Source: Heptranchias perlo (taxonomy: Eukaryota). Taken from it: 64,000 nt of DNA. The first letter of the stretch is position 1. The number at the start of each line of letters is the position of its first letter. The stretch covers positions 5,952,001 to 6,016,000 of the forward strand of contig NC_090328.1 of NCBI RefSeq assembly GCF_035084215.1, in the 5' to 3' direction. Below the pieces are notes generated by a model. It was not told the origin of the DNA and ran no database searches. It saw only the letters and a list, made by a program, of their open reading frames with translations. Shown here in pieces: positions 12,388 through 27,100 of the stretch. Position numbers and translations under genes: made by a program.

Positions 12388-13070
12388 GTAGAACCATAGA
12401 AAAGATACAGCACAGAAGGGGGGCCATTCGGCCCATCGTGTCCGCGCCCACTTGAAGAACAACCAGGTGCCCATTCTAATCCCACCTTCCAGCACCCGGT
12501 CCGTAGCCCTGCAGCCTACAGCACTTTAGGTGCAGGTCCAGGGACTTTTTAAAAGAGTTGAGGGTCCCTGCCTCTACCACCAATTCGGGCAGCGAATTCC
12601 ATACACCCACCACCCTCTGGGTAAAAAAGATTTTCCTCATGTCCCCTCTAATCCTTCGACCAATCAGCTTAAATCTATGTCCCCTAGTTCTTGAACTCTC
12701 CACTAGGGGAAACAGGTACTTCCTGTCTACTCTACCTGGGCCCCTCACAATTTTGTACACCTCAATCAAGTCTCCCCTCAGCCTCCTCTGCTCCAAGGAA
12801 AACAACCCCAGCCTATCCAATCTCTCCTCGTAGCTGCAATTTTCAAGCCCTGGCAACATTCTTGCAAATCTTCTCTGCACTCTCTCCAGAGCAATTACAT
12901 CCTTCCTGTAATGTGGTGACCAGAACTGCGCACAATACTCCAGCTGTGGCCTTACCAGCGTTTTATACAGTTCCATCATTACATCCCTGCTTTTGTATTC
13001 TATACCTCAGCTAATAACGGAGAGCATTCCGTTTGCCTTCTTCACAACCTTATCTACTGTACTGCCACTT
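12388..13070 (-). mobile_element. 5'-truncated CR1 LINE
   Basis: ORF 12476-12979 (LVRPQLEYC...GAGRWD*) with a TTCTATG tail. Confidence 0.93.
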
Positions 13071-13359
13071 TCAGTAACACTGAGGTAATGCAGTGCCACA
13101 GTTCTGGAATGTGGGCTGTTCATGGATTTAACGCACACACATTCCCGTCGAGCTTTTCCAGCATTGTAAAATGCAGTCATTTTTTTTACGATACAGATTG
13201 TAAAAGGCTCATTATTTTGTGGTAGCGAGCGAAAGCTGCAGATGTAACGCAGCGAAAGGATCGATTGCTGCGTCGGCCGACTGCGATGCACGGTCGTCAG
13301 GGTTGTCATACCGCCCGATGCCCTCAGTCTGAAACTGCTCAGGCACCGTGCGGGACACT

Positions 13360-13518
13360 GGGGGCAATTGCAATCAGACGGGATCGGTGCAATGCTGGTT
13401 TCACACCCCGCCCGATTTTACTCTCCAGTGAAGTCACTGGGTGGGGTGTAAAACGGACGTCCCCCTCCCCCCCCCCCAACACCGATCCCGCCCGACGGGT
13501 TAGGTTAAAATTGCCTCC
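13360..13518. mobile_element. Palindromic MITE (non-autonomous DNA transposon, possibly Harbinger-like)
   Basis: Termini GGGGGCAATT / AATTGCCTCC; nested inverted pairs CGGGATCGGTG/CACCGATCCCG and TTTCACACCCC/GGGGTGTAAAA; centre CCAGTGAAGTCACTGG. Confidence 0.7.
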
Positions 13519-13529
13519 TATAGTTCTCT

Positions 13530-13870
13530 GAGCATGTGACCGATTATGTAAATTGGGCATGTTCTCACCGGGAAGGAGATGGTTGAGAGGTGATATGATT
13601 GCAGTTTTTAGCATTCTAGATAATGTAGACCATAACAAGCTGTTTCACCTTGTCCAGATCAGTAGAACCAGAGGACACGGCCTGCACTCGAAGGGGAGTA
13701 AATTCACAACTAATCTGCGGAAACAATATTTCAGTGAGCGAGTTGTCAATCTGAGAAGCAGGTTCCCTAGGGAGACGGTGGAAACCGTCAGTACTGATTC
13801 ATTCAAACACAAATTAGATAGATTTCTTTCAGAAAATAATATTTTGAGATACAGTATATGAGTAATTTGA
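13530..13870 (+). mobile_element. Older CR1 ORF2 C-terminal fragment
   Basis: LRGDMI...RTRGH...YFSERVVN...FKHKLDRF. Confidence 0.8.
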
Positions 13871-14049
13871 GACATGACGTGTGGAGAGTGTAAAATGCTC
13901 GGGAGGAACAGGTGACTCTGGACCTATGTTTCCCAAAACTCTCCACCACTGGGGGTTCTCCTCACCTCATGTCTGGGTCTGCTGTTGATAGAGATTGATT
14001 GCTATGAATAGTCAACAACTCCATTATCGTTGTATCATACAGTATATTG

Positions 14050-14345
14050 ACCAGTGCAGTACTGAGGGAGTGCTGCACGGTCAGAGGTGCCATCTTTTGG
14101 ATGAGATGTTAAACCAAGGCCCCGTCTGCCCCCTCAGGTGGACTTGTAAGATCCTATGGCACTATTTCAAAGAACAGGGAAGTTCTCCCCATTGTCCTGG
14201 CCAATATTTAACTCTCAACCAACATCAATAAAAACAGATTATCTGGTCATTATCACATTGCTGTTTGTGGGATCTTGCTGTGCGCAAATTGGCTGCTGAG
14301 TTTCCTACATTACAACAGTGACTACACTTCAGAAATACTTCAATG
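14050..14345 (+). mobile_element. DeuSINE fragment
   Basis: Collinear with 44225-44515. Confidence 0.85.
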
Positions 14346-14689
14346 CCCATGGAACTGCACCCCAGAAAGATATAAGGACTGGGGCATTGCCCCACTAAAA
14401 GTTAGAAGGTCCTCAGGACGGCGGAGGTCCACATACCCTACAAACCAGGTCTGATCAGCCTGACATCTCCTAGGGACAAGCAGGTTGTACAATACTTATT
14501 TATTTGATATAACAGTATTAGAACGTTGTTATATAAATACTTGTTGTTTTGTATAACTACATTAGAACATTGTTCTTTATCTATAATAAGGCGTGCATGT
14601 TCCGTAACACTCGGGCCCGAATCATTGTGGAAGTTATTATTAAAAAGGATTCACAATCCTTGGTAGCATTAATAATAACATACTACCAA

Positions 14690-14940
14690 CAAGGTTACAG
14701 AGATAGGGAGGGGCGGGGCCATGGAGGGCGTTTGAACACAAGGATGAGAATTTTAAAATCGAGGCATTGCCGGACCGGGAGCCAATGTAGGTCACCGAGC
14801 ACAGGGGTGATGGGTGAACGGGACTTGGTGCGAGTCAGGATACGAGCAGCAGAGTTTTGGAATGAGCTCAAGTTTACAGAGGGTGGAAGGTGGGAGGCCG
14901 GCCATTGGGAGCATTGGAATAGTCCAGTGTGGAGGTAACA
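14690..14940 (-). mobile_element. L2 LINE fragment
   Basis: QNSAARILTRTK...ITPVL.DLHWLPV..FKIL. Confidence 0.85.
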
Positions 14941-15120
14941 AATGCATGACCCCACCTGAGAACTGAGTAACTAAAGTCCACCTGTGAATTCCTCAGGCAT
15001 TTTGAAACATTGGGGGAAAATTTTCTATTTGCTGCCGAGGCGTGAAGCTGGAGTTACTGATCAGTGGATTGTTACTGAAAACAACACATGTCACATTCCA
15101 TCGGTTTCAAATCGAAAATC

Positions 15121-18100
15121 GGGTGATTCCTATAATGGGGTGGATTGGAGGGGAGATTCCTATAATGGGATGGATTGGAGGGGAGATTCCTATAATGGGA
15201 TGGATTGGAGGGGAGATTCCTATAATGGGGTGGATTGGAGGGGAGATTCCTATAATGGGATGGATTGGTGGGGAGATTCCTATAATGGGATGGATTGGTG
15301 GGGAGATTCCTATAATGGGATGGATTGGTGGGGAGATTCCTATAATGGGATGGATTGGTGGGGAGATTCCCAAAATGGATGGATTGGAGGGGAGATTCCT
15401 ATAATGGGGTGGATTGGTGGGGAGATTCTATAATGGGATGGATTGGTGGGGAGATTCCTATAATGGATGGATTGGAGGGGAGATTCCTATAATGGGGTGG
15501 ATTGGTGGGGAGATTCTATAATGGGATGGATTGGCGGGGAGATTCCTATAATGGGATGGATTGGTGGGGAGATTCCGAAATGGGGTGGATTGGTGGGGAG
15601 ATTCTATAATGGGGTGGATTGGTGGGGAGCTTCCTATAATGGGATGGATTGGTGGGGAGATTCCTATAATGGGATGGATTGGTGGGGAGATTCCTATAAT
15701 GGGGTGGATTGGTGGGGAGATTCCTATAATGGGATGGATTGGTGGGGAGATTCCTATAATGGGATGGATTGGTGGGGAGATTCTATAATGGGGTGGATTG
15801 GTGGGGAGATTCTATAATGGGGTGGATTGGAGGGGAGATTCTATAATGGGGTGGATTGGTGGGGAGATTCTATAATGGGGTGGATTGGTGGGGAGATTCC
15901 TATAATGGGATGGATTGGCGGGGAGATTCCTATAATGGGATGGATTGGTGGGGAGATTCTATAATGGGGTGGATTGGAGGGGAGATTCTATAATGGGATG
16001 GATTGGCGGGGAGATTCTATAATGGGATGGATTGGTGGGGAGATTCTATAATGGGGTGGATTGGTGGGGAGATTCTATAATGGGGTGGATTGGTGGGGAG
16101 ATTCTATAATGGGATGGATTGGTGGGGAGATTCTATAATGGGGTGGATTGGTGGGGAGATTCTATAATGGGATGGATTGGCGGGGAGATTCTATAATGGG
16201 GTGGATTGGTGGGGAGATTCTATAATGGGATGGATTGGCGGGAAGATTCTATAATGGGGTGGATTGGTGGGGAGATTCTATAATGGGATGGATTGGCGGG
16301 AAGATTCTATAATGGGGTGGATTGGTGGGGAGATTCTATAATGGGATGGATTGGCGGGGAGATTCTATAATGGGGTGGATTGGTGGGGAGATTATATAAT
16401 GGGATGGATTGGCGGGAAGATTCTATAATGGGATGGATTGGAGGGGAGATTCTATAATGGGATGGATTGACGGGGAGATTCCTATAATGGGGTAGATTGG
16501 CGGGGAGATTCCAATAATGGGATGGATTGGTGGGGAGATTCTATAATGGGGTGGATTGGTGGGGAGATTCTATAATGGGGTGGATTGGTGGGGAGATTCT
16601 ATAATGGGGTGGATTGGTGGGGAGATTCTATAATGGGGTGGATTGGTGGGGAGATTCTATAATGGGATGGATTGGCGGGAAGATTCTATAATGGGATGGA
16701 TTGGTGGGGAGATTCTATAATGGGATGGATTGGCGGGAAGATTCTATAATGGGATGGATTGGAGGGGAGATTCTATAATGGGATGGATTGACGGGGAGAT
16801 TCCTATAATGGGGTAGATTGGCGGGGAGATTCCTATAATGGGGTAGATTGGCGGGGAGATTCTATAATGGGATGGATTGGCGGGGAGATTCCTATAATGG
16901 GGTAGATTGGCGGGGAGATTCCTATAATGGGATGGATTGGCGGGGAGATTCCTATAATGGGATGGATTGGCGGGGAGATTCTATAATGGGGTGGATTGGC
17001 GGGGAGATTCTATAATGGGATGGATTGGTGGGGAGATTCTATAATGGGATGGATTGGTGGGGAGATTCCTATAATGGGATGGATTGGTGGGGAGATTCTA
17101 TAATGGGGTGGATTGGTGGGGAGATTCCTATAATGGGATGGATTGGCGGGGAGATTCCTATAATGGGATGGATTGGCGGGGAGATTCTATAATGGGATGG
17201 ATTGGCGGGGAGATTCCTATAATGGGATGGATTGACGGGGAGATTCTATAATGGGATGGATTGGCGGGAAGATTCTATAATGGGATGGATTGGTGGGGAG
17301 ATTCTTTAATGGGATGGATTGGCGGGGAGATTCCTATAATGGGATGGATTGGCGGGGAGATTCTATAATGGGATGGATTGGCGGGGAGATTCTATAATGG
17401 GATGGATTGGCGGGGAGATTCTATAATGGGATGGATTGACGGGACGATTCTATAATGGGATGGATTGGCGGGGAGATTCTATAATGGGATGGATTGACGG
17501 GACGATTCTATAATGGGATGGATTGACGGGGAGATTCTATAATGGGATGGATTGACGGGACGATTCTATAATGGGATGGATTGGCGTGGAGATTCTATAA
17601 TGGGGTGGATTGGTGGGGAGATTCTATAATAGGGTGGATTGGCGGGGAGATTCTATAATGGGATGGATTGGTGGGGAGATTCTATAATGGGATGGATTGG
17701 TGGGGAGATTCTATAATAGGGTGGATTGGCGGGGAGATTTTATAATGGGATGGATTGACGGGGAGATTCTATAATAGGGTGGATTGGTGGGGAGATTCTA
17801 TAATGGGATGGATTGGCGGGGAGATTCTATAATGGGATGGATTGACAGGTGGATTCTATAATGGGATGGATTGGTGGGGAGATTCTATAATGGGATGGAT
17901 TGACGGGGAGATTCTATAATGGGGTGCATTGGTGGGGAGATTCTATAATGGGATGGATTGGTGGGGAGATTCCTATAATGGGATGGATTGAGGGGGAGAT
18001 TATATAATGGGATGGATTGGTGGGGAGATTCTATAATGGGATGGATTGACGGGGAGATTCTATAATGGGGTGATTGGTGGGGAGATTCTATAATGGGATG

Positions 18101-21100
18101 GATTGACGGGGAGATTCTATAATGGGATGGATTGGTGGGGAGATTCTATAATGGGATGGATTGACGGGGAGATTCTATAATGGGGTGGATTGGTGGGGAG
18201 ATTCTATCATAGGGTGGATTGGCGGGGAGATTCTATAATGGGATGGATTGGCGGGGAGATTCTATAATGGGATGGATTGACGGGGAGATTCTATAATGGG
18301 GTGGATTGGTGGGGAGATTCTATAATGGGATGGATTGACGGGGAGATTCTATAATGGGGTGGATTGTCGGGGAGATTCTATAATGGGATGGATTGGTGGG
18401 GAGATTCTATAATGGGATGGATTGACGGGGAGATTCTATAATGGGATGGATTGACGGGGAGATTCTATAATGGGATGGATTGACGGGGAGATTCTATAAT
18501 GGGATGGATTGGTGGGGAGATTCTATAATGGGATGGATTGACGGGGAGATTCTATAATGGGATGGATTGGTGGGGAGATTCTATAATGGGATGGATTGGT
18601 GGGGAGATTCTATAATGGGATGGATTGGTGGGGAGATTCTATAATAGGGTGGATTGGCGGGGAGATTCTATAATGGGATGGATTGGTGGGGAGATTCTAT
18701 AACGGGATGGATTGACGGGGAGATTCTATAATAGGGTGGATTGGTGGGGAGATTCTATAATGGGATGGATTGGCGGGGAGATTCTATAATGGGATGGATT
18801 GACAGGTAGATTCTATAATGGGATGGATTGGTGGGGAGATTCTATAATGGGATGGATTGACGGGGAGATTCTATAATGGGGTGCATTGGTGGGGAGATTC
18901 TATAATGGGATGGATTGGTGGGGAGATTCCTATAATGGGATGGATTGAGGGGGAGATTATATAATGGGATGGATTGGTGGGGAGATTCTATAATGGGATG
19001 GATTGACGGGGAGATTCTATAATGGGGTGATTGGTGGGGAGATTCTATAATGGGATGGATTGACGGGGAGATTCTATAATGGGGTGGATTGGTGGGGAGA
19101 TTCTATAATAGGGTGGATTGGCGGGGAGATTCTATAATGGGATGGATTGGTGGGGAGATTCTATAATGGGATGGATTGACGGGGAGATTCTATAATGGGG
19201 TGGATTGGTGGGGAGATTCTATCATAGGGTGGATTGGCGGGGAGATTCTATAATGGGATGGATTGGCGGGGAGATTCTATAATGGGATGGATTGACGGGG
19301 AGATTCTATAATGGGGTGGATTGGTGGGGAGATTCTATAATGGGATGGATTGACGGGGAGATTCTATAATGGGGTGGATTGTCGGGGAGATTCTATAATG
19401 GGATGGATTGGTGGGGAGATTCTATAATGGGATGGATTGACGGGGAGATTCTATAATGGGATGGATTGACGGGGAGATTCTATAATGGGATGGATTGACG
19501 GGGAGATTCTATAATGGGATGGATTGGTGGGGAGATTCTATAATGGGATGGATTGACGGGGAGATTCTATAATGGGATGGATTGGTGGGGAGATTCTATA
19601 ATGGGATGGATTGGTGGGGAGATTCTATAATGGGATGGATTGGTGGGGAGATTCTATAATAGGGTGGATTGGCGGGGAGATTCTATAATGGGATGGATTG
19701 GTGGGGAGATTCTATAACGGGATGGATTGACGGGGAGATTCTATAATAGGGTGGATTGACGGGGAGATTCTATAATGGGATGGATTGGTGGGGAGATTCT
19801 ATAATGGGATGGATTGGCGGGGAGATTCTATAATGGGATGGATTGGTGGGGAGATTCTATAATGGGATGGATTGGCGGGGAGATTCCTATAATGGGATGG
19901 ATTGACGGGGAGATTCTATAATGGGGTGGATTGGTGGGGAGATTCTATAATAGGGTGGATTGGCGGGGAGATTCCGATAATGGGGTGGATTGGTGGGGAG
20001 ATTCTATAATGGGATGGATTGGCAGGGAGATACCGATAATGGGATGGATTGACGGGGAGATTCTATAATGGGGTGGATTGGTGGGGAGATTCTATAATAG
20101 GGTGGATTGGCGGGGAGATTCCTATAATGGGGTGGATTGGTGGGGAGAATCTATAATGGGGTGGATTGGTGGGGAGATTCTATAATGGGATGGATTGGTG
20201 GGGAGATTCTATAATGGGATGGATTGGTGGGGAGATTCTATAATGGGATGGACTGGCGGGGAGATTCTATAATGGGATGGATTGGTGGGGAGATTCTATA
20301 ATGGGATGGATTGGTGGGGAGATTCTATAATGGGATGGATTGACGGGGAGATTCTATAATGGGGTGGATTGGTGGGGAGATTCTATAATAGGGTGGATTG
20401 TCGGGGAGATTCTATAATGGGGTGGATTGGTGGGGAGATTCTATAATAGGGTGGATTGGCGGGGAGATTCTATAATGGGGTGGATTGGTGGGGAGATTCT
20501 ATAATGGGATGGATTGGTGGGGAGATTCTATAATGGGATGGATTGGTGGGGAGATTCTATAATGGGATGGATTGACGGGGAGATTCTATAATGGGGTGGA
20601 TTGGTGGGGAGATTCTATAATAGGGTGGATTGGCGGGGAGATTCTATAATGGGATGGATTGGCGGGGAGATTCTATAATGGGATGGATTGGTGGGGAGAT
20701 TCTATAATGGGATGGATTGGTGGGGAGATTCTATAATGGGATGGATTGACGGGGAGATTCTATAATAGGGTGGATTGACGGGGAGATTCCTATAATGGGA
20801 TGGATTGACGGGGAGATTCTATAATGGGGTGGATTGGTGGGGAGATTCTATAATAGGGTGGATTGACGGGGAGATTCCTATATTGGGGTGGATTGGTGGG
20901 GAGATTCTTTCATGGGGTGGATTGGTGGGGAGATTCTATAATGGGATGGATTGGCGGGGAGAATCTATAATGGGGTGGATTGGTGGGGAGATTCTATAAT
21001 GGGATGGATTGGCGGGGAGAATCTATAATGGGGTGGATTGGTGGGGAGATTCCTATAATGGGATGGATTGGCGGGGAGATTCTATAATGGGGTGGATTGG

Positions 21101-24100
21101 TGGGGAGATTCTATAATGGGGTGGATTGGTGGGGAGATTCCTATAATGGGATGGATTGGCGGGGAGATTCTATAATGGGATGGATTGGTGGGGAGATTCT
21201 ATAATGGGATGGATTGGCGGGGAGATTATATAATGGGATGGATTGGTGGGGAGATTCTATAATGGGATGGATTGGTGGGGAGATTCTATAATGGGATTGA
21301 TTGGCGGGGAGATTCTATAATGGGGTGGATTGGCGGGGAGATTCTATAATGGGATGGATTGGCAGGGAGATTCTATAATGGGATGGATTGACGGGGAGAT
21401 TCTATAATGGGATGGATTGGCGGGGAGATTCCTATAATGGGGTGGATTGGCGGGGAGATTCTATAATGGGATGGATTGGCGGGGAGATTCTATAATGGGA
21501 TGGATTGGTGGGGAGATTCTATAATGGGATGGATTGGTGGGGAGATTCTATAATGGGATGGATTGACGGGGAGATTCTATAATGGGGTGGATTGGTGGGG
21601 AGATTCTCTCATGGGATGGATTGACGGGGAGATTCTATAATGGGGTGGATTGGTGGGGAGATTCTATAATGGGGTGGATTGGTGGGGAGATTCTATAATG
21701 GGATGGATTGGTGGGGAGATTCTATAATGGGATGGATTGTTGGGGAGATTCTATAATGGGATGGATTGGTGGGGAGATTCTATAATGGGATGGATTGGCG
21801 GGGAGATTCTATAATGGGATGGATTGGTGGGGAGATTCTATAATGGGATGGATTGGTGGGGAGATTCTATAATGGGATGGATTGACGGGGAGATTCTATA
21901 ATGGGGTGGATTGGTGGGGAGATTCTATAATAGGGTGGATTGGCGGGGAGATTCTATAATGGGGTGGATTGGTGGGGAGATTCTATAAAAGGTGGATTGG
22001 CGGGGAGATTCTATAATGGGGTGGATTGGTGGGGAGATTCTATAATGGGATGGATTGGTGGGGAGATTCTATAATGGGATGGATTGGTGGGGAGATTCTA
22101 TAATGGGATGGATTGACTGGGAGATTCTATAATGGGGTGGATTGGTGGGGAGATTCTATAATAGGGTGGATTGGCGGGGAGATTCTATAATGGGATGGAT
22201 TGGCGGGGAGATTCTATAATGGGATGGATTGGTGGGGAGATTCTATAATGGGATGGATTGACGGGGAGATTCTATAATGGGGTGGATTGGTGGGGAGATT
22301 CTATAATAGGGTGGATTGGCGGGGAGATTCTATAATGGGATGGATTGGTGGGGAGATTCTATAATGGGATGGATTGGTGGGGACATTCTATAATGGGATG
22401 GATTGACGGGGAGATTCTATAATAGGGTGGATTGGTGGGGAGATTCTATAATAGGGTGGATTGGCGGGGAGATTCCTATAATGGATGGATTGACGGGGAG
22501 ATTCCTATAATGGAATGGATTGACGGGGAGATTCTATAATGGGGTGGATTGGTGGGGAGATTCTATAATAGGGTGGATTGGCGGGGAGATTCCTATGATG
22601 GGGTGGATTGGTGGGGAGATTCTATAATGGGGTGGATTGGTGGGGAGATTCTATAATGGGGTGGATTGGCGGGGAGAATCTATAATGGGGTGGATTGGTG
22701 GGGAGATTCTATAATGGGATGGATTGGCGGGGAGAATCTATAATGGGGTGGATTGGTGGGGAGATTCCTATAATGGGATGGATTGGCGGGGAGATTCTAT
22801 AATGGGGTGGATTGGTGGGGAGATTCTATAATGGGGTGGATTGGTGGGGAGATTCCTATAATGGGATGGATTGGCGGGGAGATTCTATAATGGGATGGAT
22901 TGGCGGGGAGATTCTATAATGGGATGGATTGGTGGGGAGATTCTATAATGGGATGGATTGGCGGGGAGATTCTATAATGGGATGGATTGGTGGGGAGATT
23001 CTATAATGGGGTGGATTGGTGGGGAGATTCTATAATGGGATGGATTGGCGGGGAGATTCTATAATGGGGTGGATTGGTGGGGAGATTCTATAATGGGATG
23101 GATTGGCGGGGAGATTCTATAACGGGGTGGATTGGTGGGGAGATTCTATAATGGGATGGATTGGCGGGGAGATTCTATAATGGGGTGGATTGGTGGGGAG
23201 ATTCTATAATGGGGTGGATTGGTGGGGAGATTCGATAATGGGGTGGATTGGTTGGGAGATTCCATAATGGGATGGATTGGCGGGAAGATTCTATAATGGG
23301 GTGGATTGGTGGGGAGATTCTATAATGGGATGGATTGGCGGGGAGATTCTATAATGGGGTGGATTGGTGGGGAGATTCTATAATGGGATGGATTGGCGGG
23401 AAGATTCTATAATGGGATGGATTGGAGGGGAGATTCTATAATGGGATGGATTGACGGGGAGATTCCTATAATGGGGTAGATTGGCGGGGAGATTCCTATA
23501 ATGGGATGGATTGGCGGGGAGATTCCTATAATGGGGTAGATTGGCGGGGAGATTCTATAATGGGATGGATTGGCGGGGAGATTCCTATAATGGGGTAGAT
23601 TGGCGGGGAGATTCCTATAATGGGATGGATTGGCGGGGAGATTCCTATAATGGGATGGATTGGCGGGGAGATTCTATAATGGGGTGGATTGGCGGGGAGA
23701 TTCTATAATGGGATGGATTGGTGGGGAGATTCTATAATGGGATGGATTGGTGGGGAGATTCCTATAATGGGATGGATTGGTGGGGAGATTCTATAATGGG
23801 GTGGATTGGTGGGGAGATTCCTATAATGGGATGGATTGGCGGGGAGATTCCTATAATGGGATGGATTGGCGGGGAGATTCTATTATGGGATGGATTGGCG
23901 GGGAGATTCCTACAATGGGATGGATTGACGGGGAGATTCTATAATGGGATGGATTGGCGGGGAGATTCTATAATGGGATGGATTGGTGGGGAGATTCTTT
24001 AATGGGATGGATTGGCGGGGAGATTCCTATAATGGGATGGATTGGTGGGGAGATTCTATAATGGGATGGATTGGCGGGGAGATTCTATAATGGGATGGAT

Positions 24101-27100
24101 TGGCGGGGAGATTCTATAATGGGATGGATTGACGGGACGATTCTATAATGGGATGGATTGGCGGGGAGATTCTATAATGGGATGGATTGACGGGACGATT
24201 CTATAATGGGATGGATTGACGGGGAGATTCTATAATGGGATGGATTGACGGGACGATTCTATAATGGGATGGATTGGCGTGGAGATTCTATAATGGGGTG
24301 GATTGGTGGGGAGATTCTATAATAGGGTGGATTGGCGGGGAGATTCTATAATGGGATGGATTGGTGGGGAGATTCTATAATGGGATGGATTGGTGGGGAG
24401 ATTCTATAATAGGGTGGATTGGCGGGGAGATTTTATAATGGGATGGATTGACGGGGAGATTCTATAATAGGGTGGATTGACGGGGAGATTCTATAATGGG
24501 ATGGATTGGTGGGGAGATTCTATAATGGGATGGATTGGCGGGGAGATTCTATAATGGGATGGATTGACAGGTAGATTCTATAATGGGATGGATTGGTGGG
24601 GAGATTCTATAATGGGATGGATTGACGGGGAGATTCTATAATGGGGTGCATTGGTGGGGAGATTCTATAATGGGATGGATTGGTGGGGAGATTCCTATAA
24701 TGGGATGGATTGACGGGGAGATTCTATAATGGGATGGATTGGTGGGGAGATTCTATAATGGGATGGATTGACGGGGAGATTCTATAATGGGGTGGATTGG
24801 TGGGGAGATTCTATAATGGGATGGATTGACGGGGAGATTCTATAATGGGGTGGATTGGTGGGGAGATTCTATAATAGGGTGGATTGGCGGGGAGATTCTA
24901 TAATGGGATGGATTGGTGGGGAGATTCTATAATGGGATGGATTGACGGGGAGATTCTATAATGGGGAGGATTGGTGGGGAGATTCTATCATAGGGTGGAT
25001 TGGCGGGGAGATTCTATAATGGGATGGATTGGCGGGGAGATTCTATAATGGGATGGATTGACGGGGAGATTCTATAATGGGGTGGATTGGTGGGGAGATT
25101 CTATAATAGGGTGGATTGGTGGGGAGATTCTATAATGGGATGGATTGACAGGGAGATTCTATAATGGGGTGGATTGTCGGGGAGATTCTATAATGGGATG
25201 GATTGGTGGGGAGATTCTATAATGGGATGGATTGACGGGGAGATTCTATAATGGGATGGATTGACGGGGAGATTCTATAATGGGATGGATTGACGGGGAG
25301 ATTCTATAATGGGATGGATTGGTGGGGAGATTCTATAATGGGATGGATTGACGGGGAGATTCTATAATGGGATGGATTGGTGGGGAGATTCTATAATGGG
25401 ATGGATTGGTGGGGAGATTCTATAATGGGATGGATTGGTGGGGAGATTCTATAATAGGGTGGATTGGCGGGGAGATTCTATAATGGGATGGATTGGTGGG
25501 GAGATTCTATAACGGGATGGATTGACGGGGAGATTCTATAATAGGGTGGATTGACGGGGAGATTCTATAATGGGATGGATTGGTGGGGAGATTCTATAAT
25601 GGGATGGATTGGCGGGGAGATTCTATAATGGGATGGATTGGTGGGGAGATTCTATAATGGGATGGATTGACGGGGAGATTCTATAATGGGGTGGATTGGT
25701 GGGGAGATTCTATAATAGGGTGGATTGGCGGGGAGATTCCGATAATGGGGTGGATTGGTGGGGAGATTCTATAATGGGATGGATTGGCGGGGAGATACCG
25801 ATAATGGGATGGATTGACGGGGAGATTCTATAATGGGGTGGATTGGTGGGGAGATTCTTTTATAGGGTGGATTGGCGGGGAGATTCCTATAATGGGGTGG
25901 ATTGGTGGGGAGAATCTATAATGGGGTGGATTGGTGGGGAGATTCTATAATGGGATGGATTGGCGGGGAGATTCTATAATGGGATGGATTGATGGGGAGA
26001 TTCTATAATGGGATGGATTGGCGGGGAGGTTCTATAATGGGATGGATTGGTGGGGAGATTCTATAATGGGATGGACTGGCGGGGAGATTCTATAATGGGA
26101 TGGATTGGTGGGGAGATTCTATAATGGGATGGATTGGTGGGGAGATTCTATAATGGGATGGATTGACGGGGAGATTCTATAATGGGGTGGATTGGTGGGG
26201 AGATTCTATAATAGGGTGGATTGTCGGGGAGATTCTATAATGGGGTGGATTGGTGGGGAGATTCTATAATAGGGTGGATTGGCGGGGAGATTCTATAATG
26301 GGGTGGATTGGTGGGGAGATTCTATAATGGGATGGATTGGTGGGGAGATTCTATAATGGGATGGATTGGTGGGGAGATTCTATAATGGGATGGATTGACG
26401 GCGAGATTCTATAATGGGGTGGATTGGTGGGGAGATTCTATAATAGGGTGGATTGGCGGGGAGATTCTATAATGGGATGGATTGGCGGGGAGATTCTATA
26501 ATGGGATGGATTGGTGGGGAGATTCTATAATGGGATGGATTGGTGGGGAGATTCTATAATGGGATGGATTGACGGGGAGATTCTATAATGGGGTGGATTG
26601 GTGGGGAGATTCTATAATAGGGTGGATTGGCGGGGAGATTCTATAATGGGATGGATTGGTGGGGAGATTCTATAATGGGATGGATTGGTGGGGAGATTCT
26701 ATAATGGGATGGATTGACGGGGAGATTCTATAATAGGGTGGATTGACGGGGAGATTCCTATAATGGGATGGATTGACGGGGAGATTCTATAATGGGGTGG
26801 ATTGGTGGGGAGATTCTATAATAGGGTGGATTGACGGGGAGATTCCTATATTGGGGTGGATTGGTGGGGAGATTCTTTCATGGGGTGGATTGGTGGGGAG
26901 ATTCTATAATGGGATGGATTGGCGGGGAGAATCTATAATGGGGTGGATTGGTGGGGAGATTCTATAATGGGATGGATTGGCGGGGAGAATCTATAATGGG
27001 GTGGATTGGTGGGGAGATTCCTATAATGGGATGGATTGGCGGGGAGATTCTATAATGGGGTGGATTGGTGGGGAGATTCTATAATGGGGTGGATTGGTGG